Assembly (NCBI GenBank): GCA_963719225.1
Contig: CAVRAY010000001.1
Span: forward strand, 416,001 to 480,000
Length of the DNA stretch: 64,000 nucleotides
Direction: 5' to 3'
From: Thermoanaerobaculia bacterium
GTDB lineage: Bacteria > Acidobacteriota > Thermoanaerobaculia > UBA5066
Part shown: positions 31,539 to 40,707 of the stretch, piece by piece
How positions within the stretch are numbered: position 1 is the stretch's first letter
Layout of the letters: every line of letters starts with the position of its first letter
Translations under genes and position numbers: made by a program
The notes under the pieces: generated by a model
Database searches by the model: none
The model's input: the letters and a program-made list of their open reading frames with translations, nothing else
Told to the model about the DNA's origin: nothing

Positions 31539-32156
31539 TCAGGTCGCGAACGCCTGCCAGGCCGCACGCGCGACCCGGGCGATGGCCTCCTCGCGGGACC
31601 CCGCATTCCGGCCGCCTCGCGTGAAGACGACGATGGCGAGATGGGTCCCATCGGGAAGCCTCACGATCCCCGCGTCGTTCGCGCAGCGCCCGACGGTGCC
31701 GGTCTTGTCGAGGACCTCCGTTCCTTTCGGCACGCCCGCGCGCAGGCGGCGGTCGCCCGTCGCGCAGCGGCGCATCGCATCGAGGATGCGGTCCGTCGAG
31801 GGGCGCGAAAGCAGGAGCGAGCCCGGACGCGCTCGCGGCGCTCCTCGCCCGGCGGGCCGGATCTCGACTTCCTCGTCGAGACGGAGAGTGCCTTTCTCGG
31901 CTGCGCCGAAAACGGCGATCGCGACCGGGAGCTTGAAGACGCTTGCCATCTGGAAGCGTCCCTCCCCGCGGTGCGACAGGCGCCTGCCGGATTCGACGTG
32001 AACGGCCGTGACGCCCACGATCGCCCCGCCGGATTCACGGGCCGCGGCGCCGACGGCGGCGGCGAAGGCCTTGGAGGACGAGTCGGGAGGGTCGGGAGCG
32101 GGCGACGAGAGCGCGAGGGCGGCGAGTGCGACGCTGACGTGGAATCCTGCGTTCAT
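31539..32156 (-). pseudogene. Class A beta-lactamase/serine hydrolase remnant with large internal deletion
   Basis: FQMASVFK (SxxK) and DKTGT..ANDAGIV are present, but the SDN loop and omega loop are missing. Only 205 aa. Confidence 0.7.
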
Positions 32157-32196
32157 ATGGCGAGCGCCTAAGTCGCACCAGCCGGGCCCGATCGTC

Positions 32197-34884
32197 CTAT
32201 TGGAAATACCCGTTGACGTCGATGATCACGTGAACGGCCCCAGGCGCGTCGTTCTTGACGTCGACGCGGCCGGTCCCGTCAGCCGCGAGCTCCACGATCG
32301 CGTTGTTGGCGCGGGTCTGGCCCGCCCTGAAGTTGATGGTCGTCGCCGTTGGAAGCGGCGTGCCCGTCGCGAAGAGCTTCAGATCGCCCGCCGCGGCCGG
32401 CTGAGTGACCGTGACGTTCATGGAAACGGCCTTGGCCGTGGATGGAATCGTGCACGGCCCGTTGGTGAGGACGAACGTGCGCTGTCCGGCGGCAGCGAGA
32501 GCCGGCGCGTCCGCCGAGAAACGCGTATCGATCCGCCGGCAGGGCGGCGCGGCGACGAACGCGGTAGGACCGACGCAGGCCGTGTCGATCGGGATCGTGA
32601 CCATCCCGCTGGACGTGCAGCCGGAGGCGACCTCGACGATGTCGAGCTTCACGGAGCCGGAGGGCCCGGCCATGAAGACGAGGGTCGGCGTTCCCTGACC
32701 GCTCACGATCGTCCCGTTCGTCACGCTCCAGGTATACGTCGCTCCGGAACCCGCGGCCGGCACCGAGGCCGTGGCGTTCGAGCTCGCGCAGAGGCTAGCC
32801 GGGGCGTTGATCGTGACGTTCTGGCTCGGGCCGATCGTGAGGGTCACGTTGGCCGTGGACGGGGAGCAGGGCGGATTCGAAATCGTCCAGGCGAGGACGA
32901 TGGGGCCCGCGCCGCCGGTGTGCGTGAAAGTGGCGTTCGGCGTCGTGGCGTTCGGGCTGAACGTGCCGGTCCCGCCGCTCACGACGGTCCACGCGCCGGT
33001 GCCGACGGTCGGCGTATTGCCTCCGAGCCCCGCCGTGGTGCCGAGCGCGCAGATCGTCTGCGGGCCGCCCGTCGTCGCGGCCGTCGGCGGTTGTCTGATC
33101 GTGATCGTGACGTTCGCGACGGACGGAGCGCACGGCGCGTTCGAGATCGTCCAGGCGAGAACGACGGGGCCCGCGCCGGTCGCGTGTGTGAACGTGGCGT
33201 TCAGCGTCGTGGCGTTCGGGGAGAACGTGCCCGTGCCGCCGCTGGCGACGGACCACGTGCCCGTGCCGACGGTCGGCGTGTTGCCCCCGAGCCCCGCCGT
33301 GGTGCCGAGCGCGCAGATCGTCTGCGGGCCGCCCGCCGTGGCCATCGTCGGCGGCTGGCTCACCGTGACCACGACATCGGCGGTTGCGTCGGTGCAAGGC
33401 GGATTCGAGACGGTCCAGCGCAACGTGATCGGGCCCGTGCCGGTTGCGTGCGTGAACGTGGCGTTCGGCGTCGTCGTGTTCGGGGAGAACGTGCCCGTGC
33501 CGCCGCTCACGACCGACCAGGCGCCCGTCCCGACGCTTGGCGTATTGCCGCCGAGGCCCGCCGTGGTGCCGAGGGCGCAGATCGTCTGGGGACCGCCGGC
33601 CGTCGCAACGGGCACCGCAGCGATCGTCACGGAAGTCGGAGCGGACGCATTCGACGTGCAGCCGGCATTCGTACCGGTGACCGTGTAAGAGCCCGTGTCG
33701 CCCGTGACCGCCGTCTTCGTGTACGTCGCCGACGTGGCCCCGCCGATCGCGATGCTGTTGCGATACCACTGGTAGGACGCCCAGCCCCCGCTCGCCGTGA
33801 GCGTCAGGGTCGTGCCAGCGCACTGGGTGCCGCCGCCGGTGATCGTCGGAACCGTGACGACGCAGTCGACGAGGAGCTGTCCGATCTGCGTCGGGCTGTT
33901 GTCGCGCTCGGTAAACCAGAGCGCCCGGTCGGGTCCGAGGGCGATCCCGTAGGGGCCGGCGAGGCCCGTGGTCGTGTACTCGGTGATCGTCCCGGACGTC
34001 GTGACCCGCGCGATCATGCCGCCCGCTCCGCCGTTGTTCTCCGTGAACCACAGCGCGCCGTCGGGGCCGGACACGATACGGAAGGGCGTCGCCGTCGGTG
34101 TCGCGTACTCGGTGATGTCCGTCGGGAGAGCGGCGGAGGTCGCCATAACGCCGACCTTGTTTCCGCTGAACTCGACGAACCAGATCCGGCCGTCCGGTCC
34201 GACGGTGATGCCCGCGGGATTACCGCCCGCCGTGGGCGTGCTGATGCGCTTCACGATCGAGCCGCTCGTGTCCATGACGCCGATCGAGCTCGTCGCGTCC
34301 CGGTCGGCGAACCAGAGGTTTCCGTCCGGCCCGGCGACGATCCCGAGCGGAGTCGCGCTTGGAACACCGACCGAAAACTCCGTGACGACGCCGAGCGTCG
34401 TAATCCGTGCGATCGCGTTGTTGTTCCGTTCGGTGAACCAGAGGTTGCCGTCCGGTCCCGTGCTGATTCCGAAGGGGCTGGCGCCTGCCGTGATGCCTGT
34501 CGTGAAATGGGTGACCGAGCCGCCCGCCGGAAACGTCGTCGTGTCGACGCGGCCGATGGAGGCGGGACTGCCCGATTCGACGAACCACATGGCGAGGTCG
34601 GGGCCAGCCACGATTCCGATCGGCCTGCTCGTGTCGGGAAGCACGAATTCCGTGAGCGTCCCGGCCGGCGTGATCCGGCCGATCTTCGAGGTGCCCGCGC
34701 TCCCGTCGCCGTTGACGGTGTACCAGATGTTTCCGTCGGGGCCCGCCGCGATGTCGAGCGGCTGGATGTCCGCGCCGAGAGGAAACTGATTGATCGTGCT
34801 CTGCGCCGCGAGCGGGAAGGTCCCCGCGACGCACATGAGCGCCATGAAGGTCCCGGCACGGCTGATGGATCGGAAAGGGCTCAT
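32197..34884 (-). CDS. Secreted Vgb-like beta-propeller protein with Ig-like repeats and C-terminal PCRxxDTR domain
   Basis: Signal peptide, seven GIxxGPDG(N/A)LWF blades, Ig-like SYQWYRN domain, three 88-aa repeats, C-terminal PCRRIDTR...DVNGYFQ. Confidence 0.8.
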   Translation of the reverse strand: MSPFRSISRAGTFMALMCVAGTFPLAAQSTINQFPLGADIQPLDIAAGPDGNIWYTVNGDGSAGTSKIGRITPAGTLTEFVLPDTSRPIGIVAGPDLAMWFVESGSPASIGRVDTTTFPAGGSVTHFTTGITAGASPFGISTGPDGNLWFTERNNNAIARITTLGVVTEFSVGVPSATPLGIVAGPDGNLWFADRDATSSIGVMDTSGSIVKRISTPTAGGNPAGITVGPDGRIWFVEFSGNKVGVMATSAALPTDITEYATPTATPFRIVSGPDGALWFTENNGGAGGMIARVTTSGTITEYTTTGLAGPYGIALGPDRALWFTERDNSPTQIGQLLVDCVVTVPTITGGGTQCAGTTLTLTASGGWASYQWYRNSIAIGGATSATYTKTAVTGDTGSYTVTGTNAGCTSNASAPTSVTIAAVPVATAGGPQTICALGTTAGLGGNTPSVGTGAWSVVSGGTGTFSPNTTTPNATFTHATGTGPITLRWTVSNPPCTDATADVVVTVSQPPTMATAGGPQTICALGTTAGLGGNTPTVGTGTWSVASGGTGTFSPNATTLNATFTHATGAGPVVLAWTISNAPCAPSVANVTITIRQPPTAATTGGPQTICALGTTAGLGGNTPTVGTGAWTVVSGGTGTFSPNATTPNATFTHTGGAGPIVLAWTISNPPCSPSTANVTLTIGPSQNVTINAPASLCASSNATASVPAAGSGATYTWSVTNGTIVSGQGTPTLVFMAGPSGSVKLDIVEVASGCTSSGMVTIPIDTACVGPTAFVAAPPCRRIDTRFSADAPALAAAGQRTFVLTNGPCTIPSTAKAVSMNVTVTQPAAAGDLKLFATGTPLPTATTINFRAGQTRANNAIVELAADGTGRVDVKNDAPGAVHVIIDVNGYFQ
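32830..33620 (-). repeat. Three tandem 264-bp intragenic repeats (PKD/Ig-like units)
   Basis: AGATCGTCTG recurs at 33051, 33315 and 33579. Unit: GGPQTICALGTTAGLGGNTP.VGTG.W.V.SGGTGTFSPN.TT.NATFTH. Confidence 0.9.
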
Positions 34885-34982
34885 GAGATCTCCCTCCGGG
34901 GGAAAGTGTTCAAGGAGCTTATACGAAAACTCGACATGGGGGGTGGCCGAAACGGGATCGAAAGAGGGCCGGGCTTTTGGTG

Positions 34983-36059
34983 TCAGGAGAGGCCGGTGAG
35001 CGACTCCACGAGGTAGCGCGCCTGAGGCGCCGGGGCGCAGATCGAATCGAAGAACTCGCGCCCGTTCACCGCGATCCGTTCCCGCTCCTCGTCATGCTCG
35101 AGGTAGTAGGAGACCTTCTCCTCGAGATCGCTCAGGTCGCTGTCGAAGAAGACGGCGTGGTGACCGTCGACGAAAGGTTCTCGCGTGAGATTGATCGGCC
35201 GCTCGACGAGCGCGAAACGCCGGAGCGCGAGGTGCTCGCCCATTCGCCACGAGAAGCAGTCCTTGACGCCGTGCGTCACCAGGCTCATGTGAGCGCCGGC
35301 GACGTCGCGCAGGTAGCCCCGGCGGCCGGATTCCGTGGGGAGGACGTACTCCGGAAAGTGCGCGCGCGCATGCGGAGTGCCGACGAACCCGTAGGCCATC
35401 CGGTACGTCGTCCGGGATCGGATCCGGTCGAGGATCTTCATGACCTCGAGCCGCTCGGCCGTCGCGTGGTCGCTGCGCCACGCGGACACCTTCCAGAAGA
35501 AATCACGGGTGCGCTCGGGGTGGTTCGCGAAGGCGTCCGTGTATTCCTCGAGGAACGGAAAGCGCAGCGACGCGGCGAATGTTCTGAGGCCGAAGGGAAA
35601 ATCCTCCCTCACGAGCGGCAAGCCCGAGGCTCCGCACAGGAGAGCGGCGCGAGCCGCGCGCAGCCCGTCCACGGGGAGACGCGCGGCCCGGACGAGACGG
35701 ATCGGGAACCAGAACGCGAGGGGGTGGATCTTGGAGCGGACGGCGGAAGGCGCGTGAGCATCGAGATGGGCCGGGTTGTAGTTGAACTTGAAATACGCGT
35801 CCGCAAGTTCGAGCGCCGGCATGTTCAGCTCCTCGAAACCGTCGCGCAGCTCGAGGAAACCGACGCGGCGGCGATCGAGCCCTCCCCCTTCCACCGTGAA
35901 GGTGAGGGATCCCCAGCCGCCGATTTCGTGCGGCACCGGCGAGTTGCGACCGCGCGCGAAACGGAGTTCGATCTCGCCGCGCCGGGCGAGATCCTGGAAT
36001 CCGAGAACCCAGAAATAGAACTCCCAGGTCGTGTTGTCGTAGACCGTGACCGAGAACAT
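34983..36059 (-). CDS. Glycosyltransferase with C-terminal GT-B (Glyco_trans_1_2/CgeB-like) domain
   Basis: AAGGAG RBS before ATG 36059. SWRMGEHLA...F.DG.H.VFF.....L.EKV.YYL.HDEERERIA.NG signature. Confidence 0.7.
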   Translation of the reverse strand: MFSVTVYDNTTWEFYFWVLGFQDLARRGEIELRFARGRNSPVPHEIGGWGSLTFTVEGGGLDRRRVGFLELRDGFEELNMPALELADAYFKFNYNPAHLDAHAPSAVRSKIHPLAFWFPIRLVRAARLPVDGLRAARAALLCGASGLPLVREDFPFGLRTFAASLRFPFLEEYTDAFANHPERTRDFFWKVSAWRSDHATAERLEVMKILDRIRSRTTYRMAYGFVGTPHARAHFPEYVLPTESGRRGYLRDVAGAHMSLVTHGVKDCFSWRMGEHLALRRFALVERPINLTREPFVDGHHAVFFDSDLSDLEEKVSYYLEHDEERERIAVNGREFFDSICAPAPQARYLVESLTGLS

Positions 36060-36104
36060 CGCGCTCCTTCGGGCTCCGGGAAGAAGTGAGTGTAGAGCAC
36101 GGGC

Positions 36105-36151
36105 CCTGTCCCGATGGACAGTCAACCCTGTCCTTTTGCTCCTGTCCTTTT
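36105..36151. promoter_or_regulatory. Putative operator array in divergent intergenic region
   Basis: Palindrome CTGTCC-N4-GGACAG (36106-36121) plus direct repeats CCTGTCCTTTT at 36127 and 36141. Confidence 0.5.
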
Positions 36152-36225
36152 TTGATGCACTCGACCAGTAGTTCGATGCGGACGTGCGTCCCTAGGCTGT
36201 TGAAGTCCAAGGGAGTCCGCTCAAA

Positions 36226-38805
36226 ATGGTTCGAAGCCAGCGCTTCTTCTCCGTCATCTTCGCCCTCGTTGCGATCGGGTTCGCATCGGGTCGGGTCTTC
36301 GCGGCCGACTTCTACGCATCGCCGACGGGGACGACGAGCACGGCGGCGGGCACCGGCAGCCTTTCGAACCCATGGGCTCTCGCCACGGCGCTCGCGCATC
36401 CGGCGGCCGTTCAGCCGGGGGACACCATCTGGCTTCGCGGAGGTACGTACACGGGCCGCGTGTCGAGCTCCCTGACGGGCACGGCCGTGGCGCCCATCAA
36501 GGTGCGGCCTTATCAGAGCGAGCGCGCGAAGCTCGACGGCGGCCCGGGGCCGCTCGTCGCGACGCTCACGGTCTACGGCCAGTACACGTGGTACTGGGGC
36601 TTCGAGGTCTTCTCCTCCGAGCCCAACCGGCGCTCGACGCAGGACGGCTCGTGGCCCACGGATCTCAATCGCGGCTCGTGCGTCGGGATCGCGCAGGACA
36701 TCCCACACGTCGGGATCCGGCTCATCAACCTCGTCCTCCACGACGGGACCGACGCGATCGGGAGCTTCCAGAGCCACCAGGACGGCGAGATCTACGGCAA
36801 CCTCATCTTCAACAACGGCTGGAACGGCGCCACGGACCGCGGCCACGGCCACGGCCTGTACGTCCAGAACCAGGCCGGCACCAAGAAGATCTCGGACAAC
36901 GTGATCTTCAACCAGTACGGCGGCGGGATGCAGATCTACGGCTCTGCGGCGGCTTATCTCGACAACATCCAGGTGACGGGCAACACGATCTTCTCCGCCG
37001 GCTGGCCGTCCGCCTACGGGTGCGACCGCAACTTCCTCTTCGGAGGCGACCGAATCGCCACGAACGGAACGGTCGTCTCGAACTCCTTCTATTACCCCGA
37101 CTCCTTCGGCGCCTGCACGTCCGGCGGCTCGAACATCGGCTACAACGCCGGCGTGTCGAACTTCACCATCCAGAACAACTGGTTCGCGAACGGCGACGGC
37201 GGAATCTCGTCGTACTTCTTCGGCGCGATCACCGGCCTCACGATGACGGGCAACCACTTCCTCCAGGACATCTCGGGCGTCGTCGCGCCGGCGTCGTATC
37301 CGTCGAACACCTATCACGGCACCACGAAACCCACCGGGACGTACGTTTACGTTCGGCCGAACGCTTACGAGATTGGGCGCGCGAACATCACGGTCTTCAA
37401 CTGGGACAAGAAGAGCACCGTCGCCGCGGACTTGAGCGCGGCGCTCGCCGTGGGACAGGCGTTCGAGGTGAGGAACGCGCAGGACTTCTTCGGTGCGCCG
37501 GTCCTCACGGGCACGTACGCCGGCGGCTCGATCACCTTGCCGATGTCGGGGCTGACGGTCGCGGCTCCGATCGGCGGGATCGCTCCGCCTCCCACCGGGC
37601 CCGAATTCAACGTCTTCGTCGTGCTCCCTCTCGCGGGCGCGCCCACGTGCTCCTTCACGCTCGGGGCGCTGTCGGCGTCGACGGCGGGCTCGGGCGGGAC
37701 GGGGAGCGACTCCGTGTCGACCGGCGCCACGTGCGGGTGGGCGGCGACGAGCAACGCGGCGTGGCTCACGATCTCGGGCGGCGCCTCGGGCATGGGCAAC
37801 GGCTCGGTCAACTATTCGGTCGCGGCGAACCCGAACTGCACCTCCCGCTCCGGATCGCTCACGATCGCGGGCCAGACGTTCATGGTCACGCAGAGCGCCG
37901 GCAGCCCCTCGGCCTCGATCAGCCCGACGGCGGCGACCACGGGTGCGGGCGCCGGCGGCGGCTCGATCGCCGTGACGATCGGTACGGGCTGCGCCTGGAC
38001 GGCGACGAGCAACGCGGCGTGGCTCACGATCTCGGGCGGCGCCTCGGGCATGGGCAACGGAAGCGTGACCTATTCGGTAGCCTCCAATCCGACCTGCACC
38101 TCCCGTTCCGGTTCGCTCACGGTGGCCGGGAAGACCTTCACCGTCACGCAGAGCGCCGGCAGTGCGACGGCCTCGATCAGCCCGACAGCCACCTCGGTGG
38201 GCGCGGGCGCGAGCGGCGGCTCGGTCGCCGTCACGATCGGCACGGGCTGCGCGTGGACGGCCTCGAGCAATGCGGCGTGGCTCACGGTCTCCGGCGGCGG
38301 CACGGGCAACGGCACGGCGACGTACACCGTCGCGTCCAACAGCGGGTGCGCGCGCACCGGCACGTTGACGGTCGCCGGCCGGACGTTCACGGTGAGCCAG
38401 TCCGCGGGCGCGTCGTGCAGCGGCGCGTCCGGGTTCTACCCGGTGACGCCCTGCCGCGCGATCGACACGCGCCAGGCGACGGGCCCGCTGGGCGGGCCGA
38501 TCCTCGCGGCCGGAGCGCGGCGCGTCTTCCCGATCACCACCTCGGTCTGCGGAGTGCCTTCGACGGCGAAGTCCATCGCGGTCACGGTGACCGCCGTCCG
38601 ACCCGCGGCGAACGGCACGCTTCACGCCTACCCGGGAGACCTCGCTCCCACGGCGGCCTCGATCCTGAGCTTCCGGAAGAACCGCACGCAGGCGGCGACC
38701 GCGCTGCTCCTCCTCGCGACCGATGGCTCCGGTGGCCTCGGGGTCCAGAACGAGTCGACGGGGACGCTGGACGTCATCGTGGACGTGAGCGGCTACTTCA
38801 GGTAG
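36226..38805 (+). CDS. Secreted right-handed beta-helix protein + 3 BACON-like domains + C-terminal PCRxxDTR domain (paralog 1)
   Basis: Signal peptide, FYASPTG..PW.LATAL...PGDTIWLRGGTY, Asn-ladder repeats (GNLIFNNG, DNVIFNQ), W.ATSNAAWLT repeats, PCRAIDTR...DVSGYFR. Confidence 0.8.
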   Translation: MVRSQRFFSVIFALVAIGFASGRVFAADFYASPTGTTSTAAGTGSLSNPWALATALAHPAAVQPGDTIWLRGGTYTGRVSSSLTGTAVAPIKVRPYQSERAKLDGGPGPLVATLTVYGQYTWYWGFEVFSSEPNRRSTQDGSWPTDLNRGSCVGIAQDIPHVGIRLINLVLHDGTDAIGSFQSHQDGEIYGNLIFNNGWNGATDRGHGHGLYVQNQAGTKKISDNVIFNQYGGGMQIYGSAAAYLDNIQVTGNTIFSAGWPSAYGCDRNFLFGGDRIATNGTVVSNSFYYPDSFGACTSGGSNIGYNAGVSNFTIQNNWFANGDGGISSYFFGAITGLTMTGNHFLQDISGVVAPASYPSNTYHGTTKPTGTYVYVRPNAYEIGRANITVFNWDKKSTVAADLSAALAVGQAFEVRNAQDFFGAPVLTGTYAGGSITLPMSGLTVAAPIGGIAPPPTGPEFNVFVVLPLAGAPTCSFTLGALSASTAGSGGTGSDSVSTGATCGWAATSNAAWLTISGGASGMGNGSVNYSVAANPNCTSRSGSLTIAGQTFMVTQSAGSPSASISPTAATTGAGAGGGSIAVTIGTGCAWTATSNAAWLTISGGASGMGNGSVTYSVASNPTCTSRSGSLTVAGKTFTVTQSAGSATASISPTATSVGAGASGGSVAVTIGTGCAWTASSNAAWLTVSGGGTGNGTATYTVASNSGCARTGTLTVAGRTFTVSQSAGASCSGASGFYPVTPCRAIDTRQATGPLGGPILAAGARRVFPITTSVCGVPSTAKSIAVTVTAVRPAANGTLHAYPGDLAPTAASILSFRKNRTQAATALLLLATDGSGGLGVQNESTGTLDVIVDVSGYFR
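37645..38410 (+). repeat. Three tandem ~258-bp BACON-like repeats
   Basis: GAGCAACGCGGCGTGGCTCACGATCTCGGG at 37749 and 38007. Unit: C.W.A.SNAAWLT.SGG.....GNG...Y.VA.N....R.G.LT.AG.TF.V.QSAG. Confidence 0.85.
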
Positions 38806-38873
38806 GCCCTCCGCCGCCGGCCGGTCCGAAAAACGATACCTCTCCGGGCACAGTCATAGTACGATTTCCGATA

Positions 38874-40673
38874 ATGGTCCCCCGGAGTATTCGCTGGTGG
38901 TGTGCCCTTGGGGTGCTCGCGGCCGCGACGCACGCGCCCGCGGCCGATTTCTACGTCGCGACGAACGGGACGTCGAGCACGGCGGCCGGCACCGGCACGC
39001 TCGGCAACCCCTGGAGCCTCGCGACGGCCTTCTCGGCGCCGGCGGCTGTGCACCCGGGCGACTCGGTCTGGCTTCGTGGCGGGACGTACCGGGGACGCTT
39101 CCGGAGTCTTCTCACCGGCTCACCGCTCGCTTCGATCCGCGTGCGGCCTTACCCGGGCGAGCGGGCGCTCCTCGACGGCGGCCCAGGGCCGATCCAGCCG
39201 ACGCTGACGATTTCGGGCCAGTACACGTGGTACCAGGGACTCGAGATCTTCTCGTCGGATCCCGATCGCCGATCGAGCCAGAACGGCTCCGCGCCGTCAG
39301 ATCTGAACCGGGGCTCGTGCGTCGGGATCGCCCAGGACGCGCCGCATGTCGGCATCAAGCTCATCAACATGATCCTGCACGACGGCACCGACGGGATCGG
39401 ATCGTTCGAAAGCCACCAGGACGCGGAGATTTACGGAAACCTCATCTTCAACAACGGGTGGGACGGCGCGACGGATCGATCCCACGGCAACGGCATCTAC
39501 GCCCAGAACATCACGGGAAACAAGCGAATCGCCGACAACCTCGTCTTCGACAACTACGCCGAGGGGTTTCAGATCTACGGCAGCGCGGTCGCGTTCCTCG
39601 ACAACATCGAGGTGACGGGGAACGCGATCTTCTCGAACGGGTCCCCGTCCGTTTTCGGCTGCAGCCGCAACCTCCTCTTCGGGGGAGACACCATCGCGAA
39701 CAACGGGCAAATTCTCTCGAACATCGTCTACCTCGCTCCCTCGGGAGGTTCCTGCACCGTCGGGGGCTCGAACGTCGGGTACAACGCCGGCGCGAACTCC
39801 TTCATGATCCTGAACAACTGGTTCTCGAACGGCGACGGCGGCTTTGCCGCCTATTTCATCGGGTCGATCACGAATCTCACGATGACGGGGAACGACTTCG
39901 TTCGCGACATCTCGGGTGTGGTCAATCCGGCTTCGTTTCCCGCGAACACGTATCACCACGGCGCACGGCCGACCGGGACGAAAGTATTCGTGCGTTCGAA
40001 CGCGTACGAGCCGGGCCGGGCGAATATCGTCGTCTTCAACTGGGGCCTGCTTCCGAAGGTGAACGTGGACGTCAGCGCCGTCCTCGTCGCCGGCTCGCTC
40101 TTCGAGGTCCGGAACGCGCAGAATTTCTTCGGTCCGCCGGTTCTGAGCGGCGTCTATTCGGGAGGGACGCTCTCTCTGCCGATGTCGGGGCTGTCGGTCG
40201 CGGGACCGATCGGGGGCCGGACGCCGCCCCCGACGGGTCCCGAGTTCAACGCGTTCGTTCTCCTCTCGATCGCGGCCGGCGCGCCTCCATCGGCCAGCGC
40301 GTTCTTCCCGGTCACACCCTGCCGCGTCCTGGACACGCGCGGCGCCGTCGGTCCAAAGGGGGGGCCGGCGCTCGGGGCGTTCGGCGTCCGCGTCCTTCCG
40401 GTCCTGACGTCCGGCTGCGGGGTCCCTTCCGGGGCCAAGGCCGTCGCGGTCAACGTGACGGCGGTGTCCCCGACTGCGGCCGGGGAATTCCAGACCTTCC
40501 CGGGCGACCTCCTTCCGGGGACGGCCGCGGTCGTCTCCTTCCGCGCGGGCAGGACTCGGGCCGTGGGCGCGGTCGCGCGGCTCGCGACGGACGGATCCGG
40601 GACTCTCGGAATCCTAAACGATTCGCCGGCGCCGACACACGCGGTCGTGGACGTCAGCGGCTACTTCAAATAG
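38874..40673 (+). CDS. Secreted beta-helix protein + C-terminal PCRxxDTR domain (paralog 2)
   Basis: ATG 8 nt after TACGAT, signal peptide, collinear with paralog 1 but without BACON repeats; ends DVSGYFK. Confidence 0.8.
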   Translation: MVPRSIRWWCALGVLAAATHAPAADFYVATNGTSSTAAGTGTLGNPWSLATAFSAPAAVHPGDSVWLRGGTYRGRFRSLLTGSPLASIRVRPYPGERALLDGGPGPIQPTLTISGQYTWYQGLEIFSSDPDRRSSQNGSAPSDLNRGSCVGIAQDAPHVGIKLINMILHDGTDGIGSFESHQDAEIYGNLIFNNGWDGATDRSHGNGIYAQNITGNKRIADNLVFDNYAEGFQIYGSAVAFLDNIEVTGNAIFSNGSPSVFGCSRNLLFGGDTIANNGQILSNIVYLAPSGGSCTVGGSNVGYNAGANSFMILNNWFSNGDGGFAAYFIGSITNLTMTGNDFVRDISGVVNPASFPANTYHHGARPTGTKVFVRSNAYEPGRANIVVFNWGLLPKVNVDVSAVLVAGSLFEVRNAQNFFGPPVLSGVYSGGTLSLPMSGLSVAGPIGGRTPPPTGPEFNAFVLLSIAAGAPPSASAFFPVTPCRVLDTRGAVGPKGGPALGAFGVRVLPVLTSGCGVPSGAKAVAVNVTAVSPTAAGEFQTFPGDLLPGTAAVVSFRAGRTRAVGAVARLATDGSGTLGILNDSPAPTHAVVDVSGYFK

Positions 40674-40707
40674 GAATTCTCGTCCGGACAATGGAGCCGA
40701 AGGCACG

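Noticed and set aside
31539-32156. Functional beta-lactamase resistance gene
   Set aside because: The SDN motif and the Glu166 omega loop are missing.
33870-34800. Virginiamycin B lyase resistance gene
   Set aside because: The Vgb-like propeller is part of a signal-peptide-bearing multidomain surface protein with Ig-like repeats. The fold alone does not imply resistance.
32830-38410. CRISPR-like or mobile repeats
   Set aside because: The repeats are 258-264 bp in-frame protein domain duplications with no spacers or cas genes.
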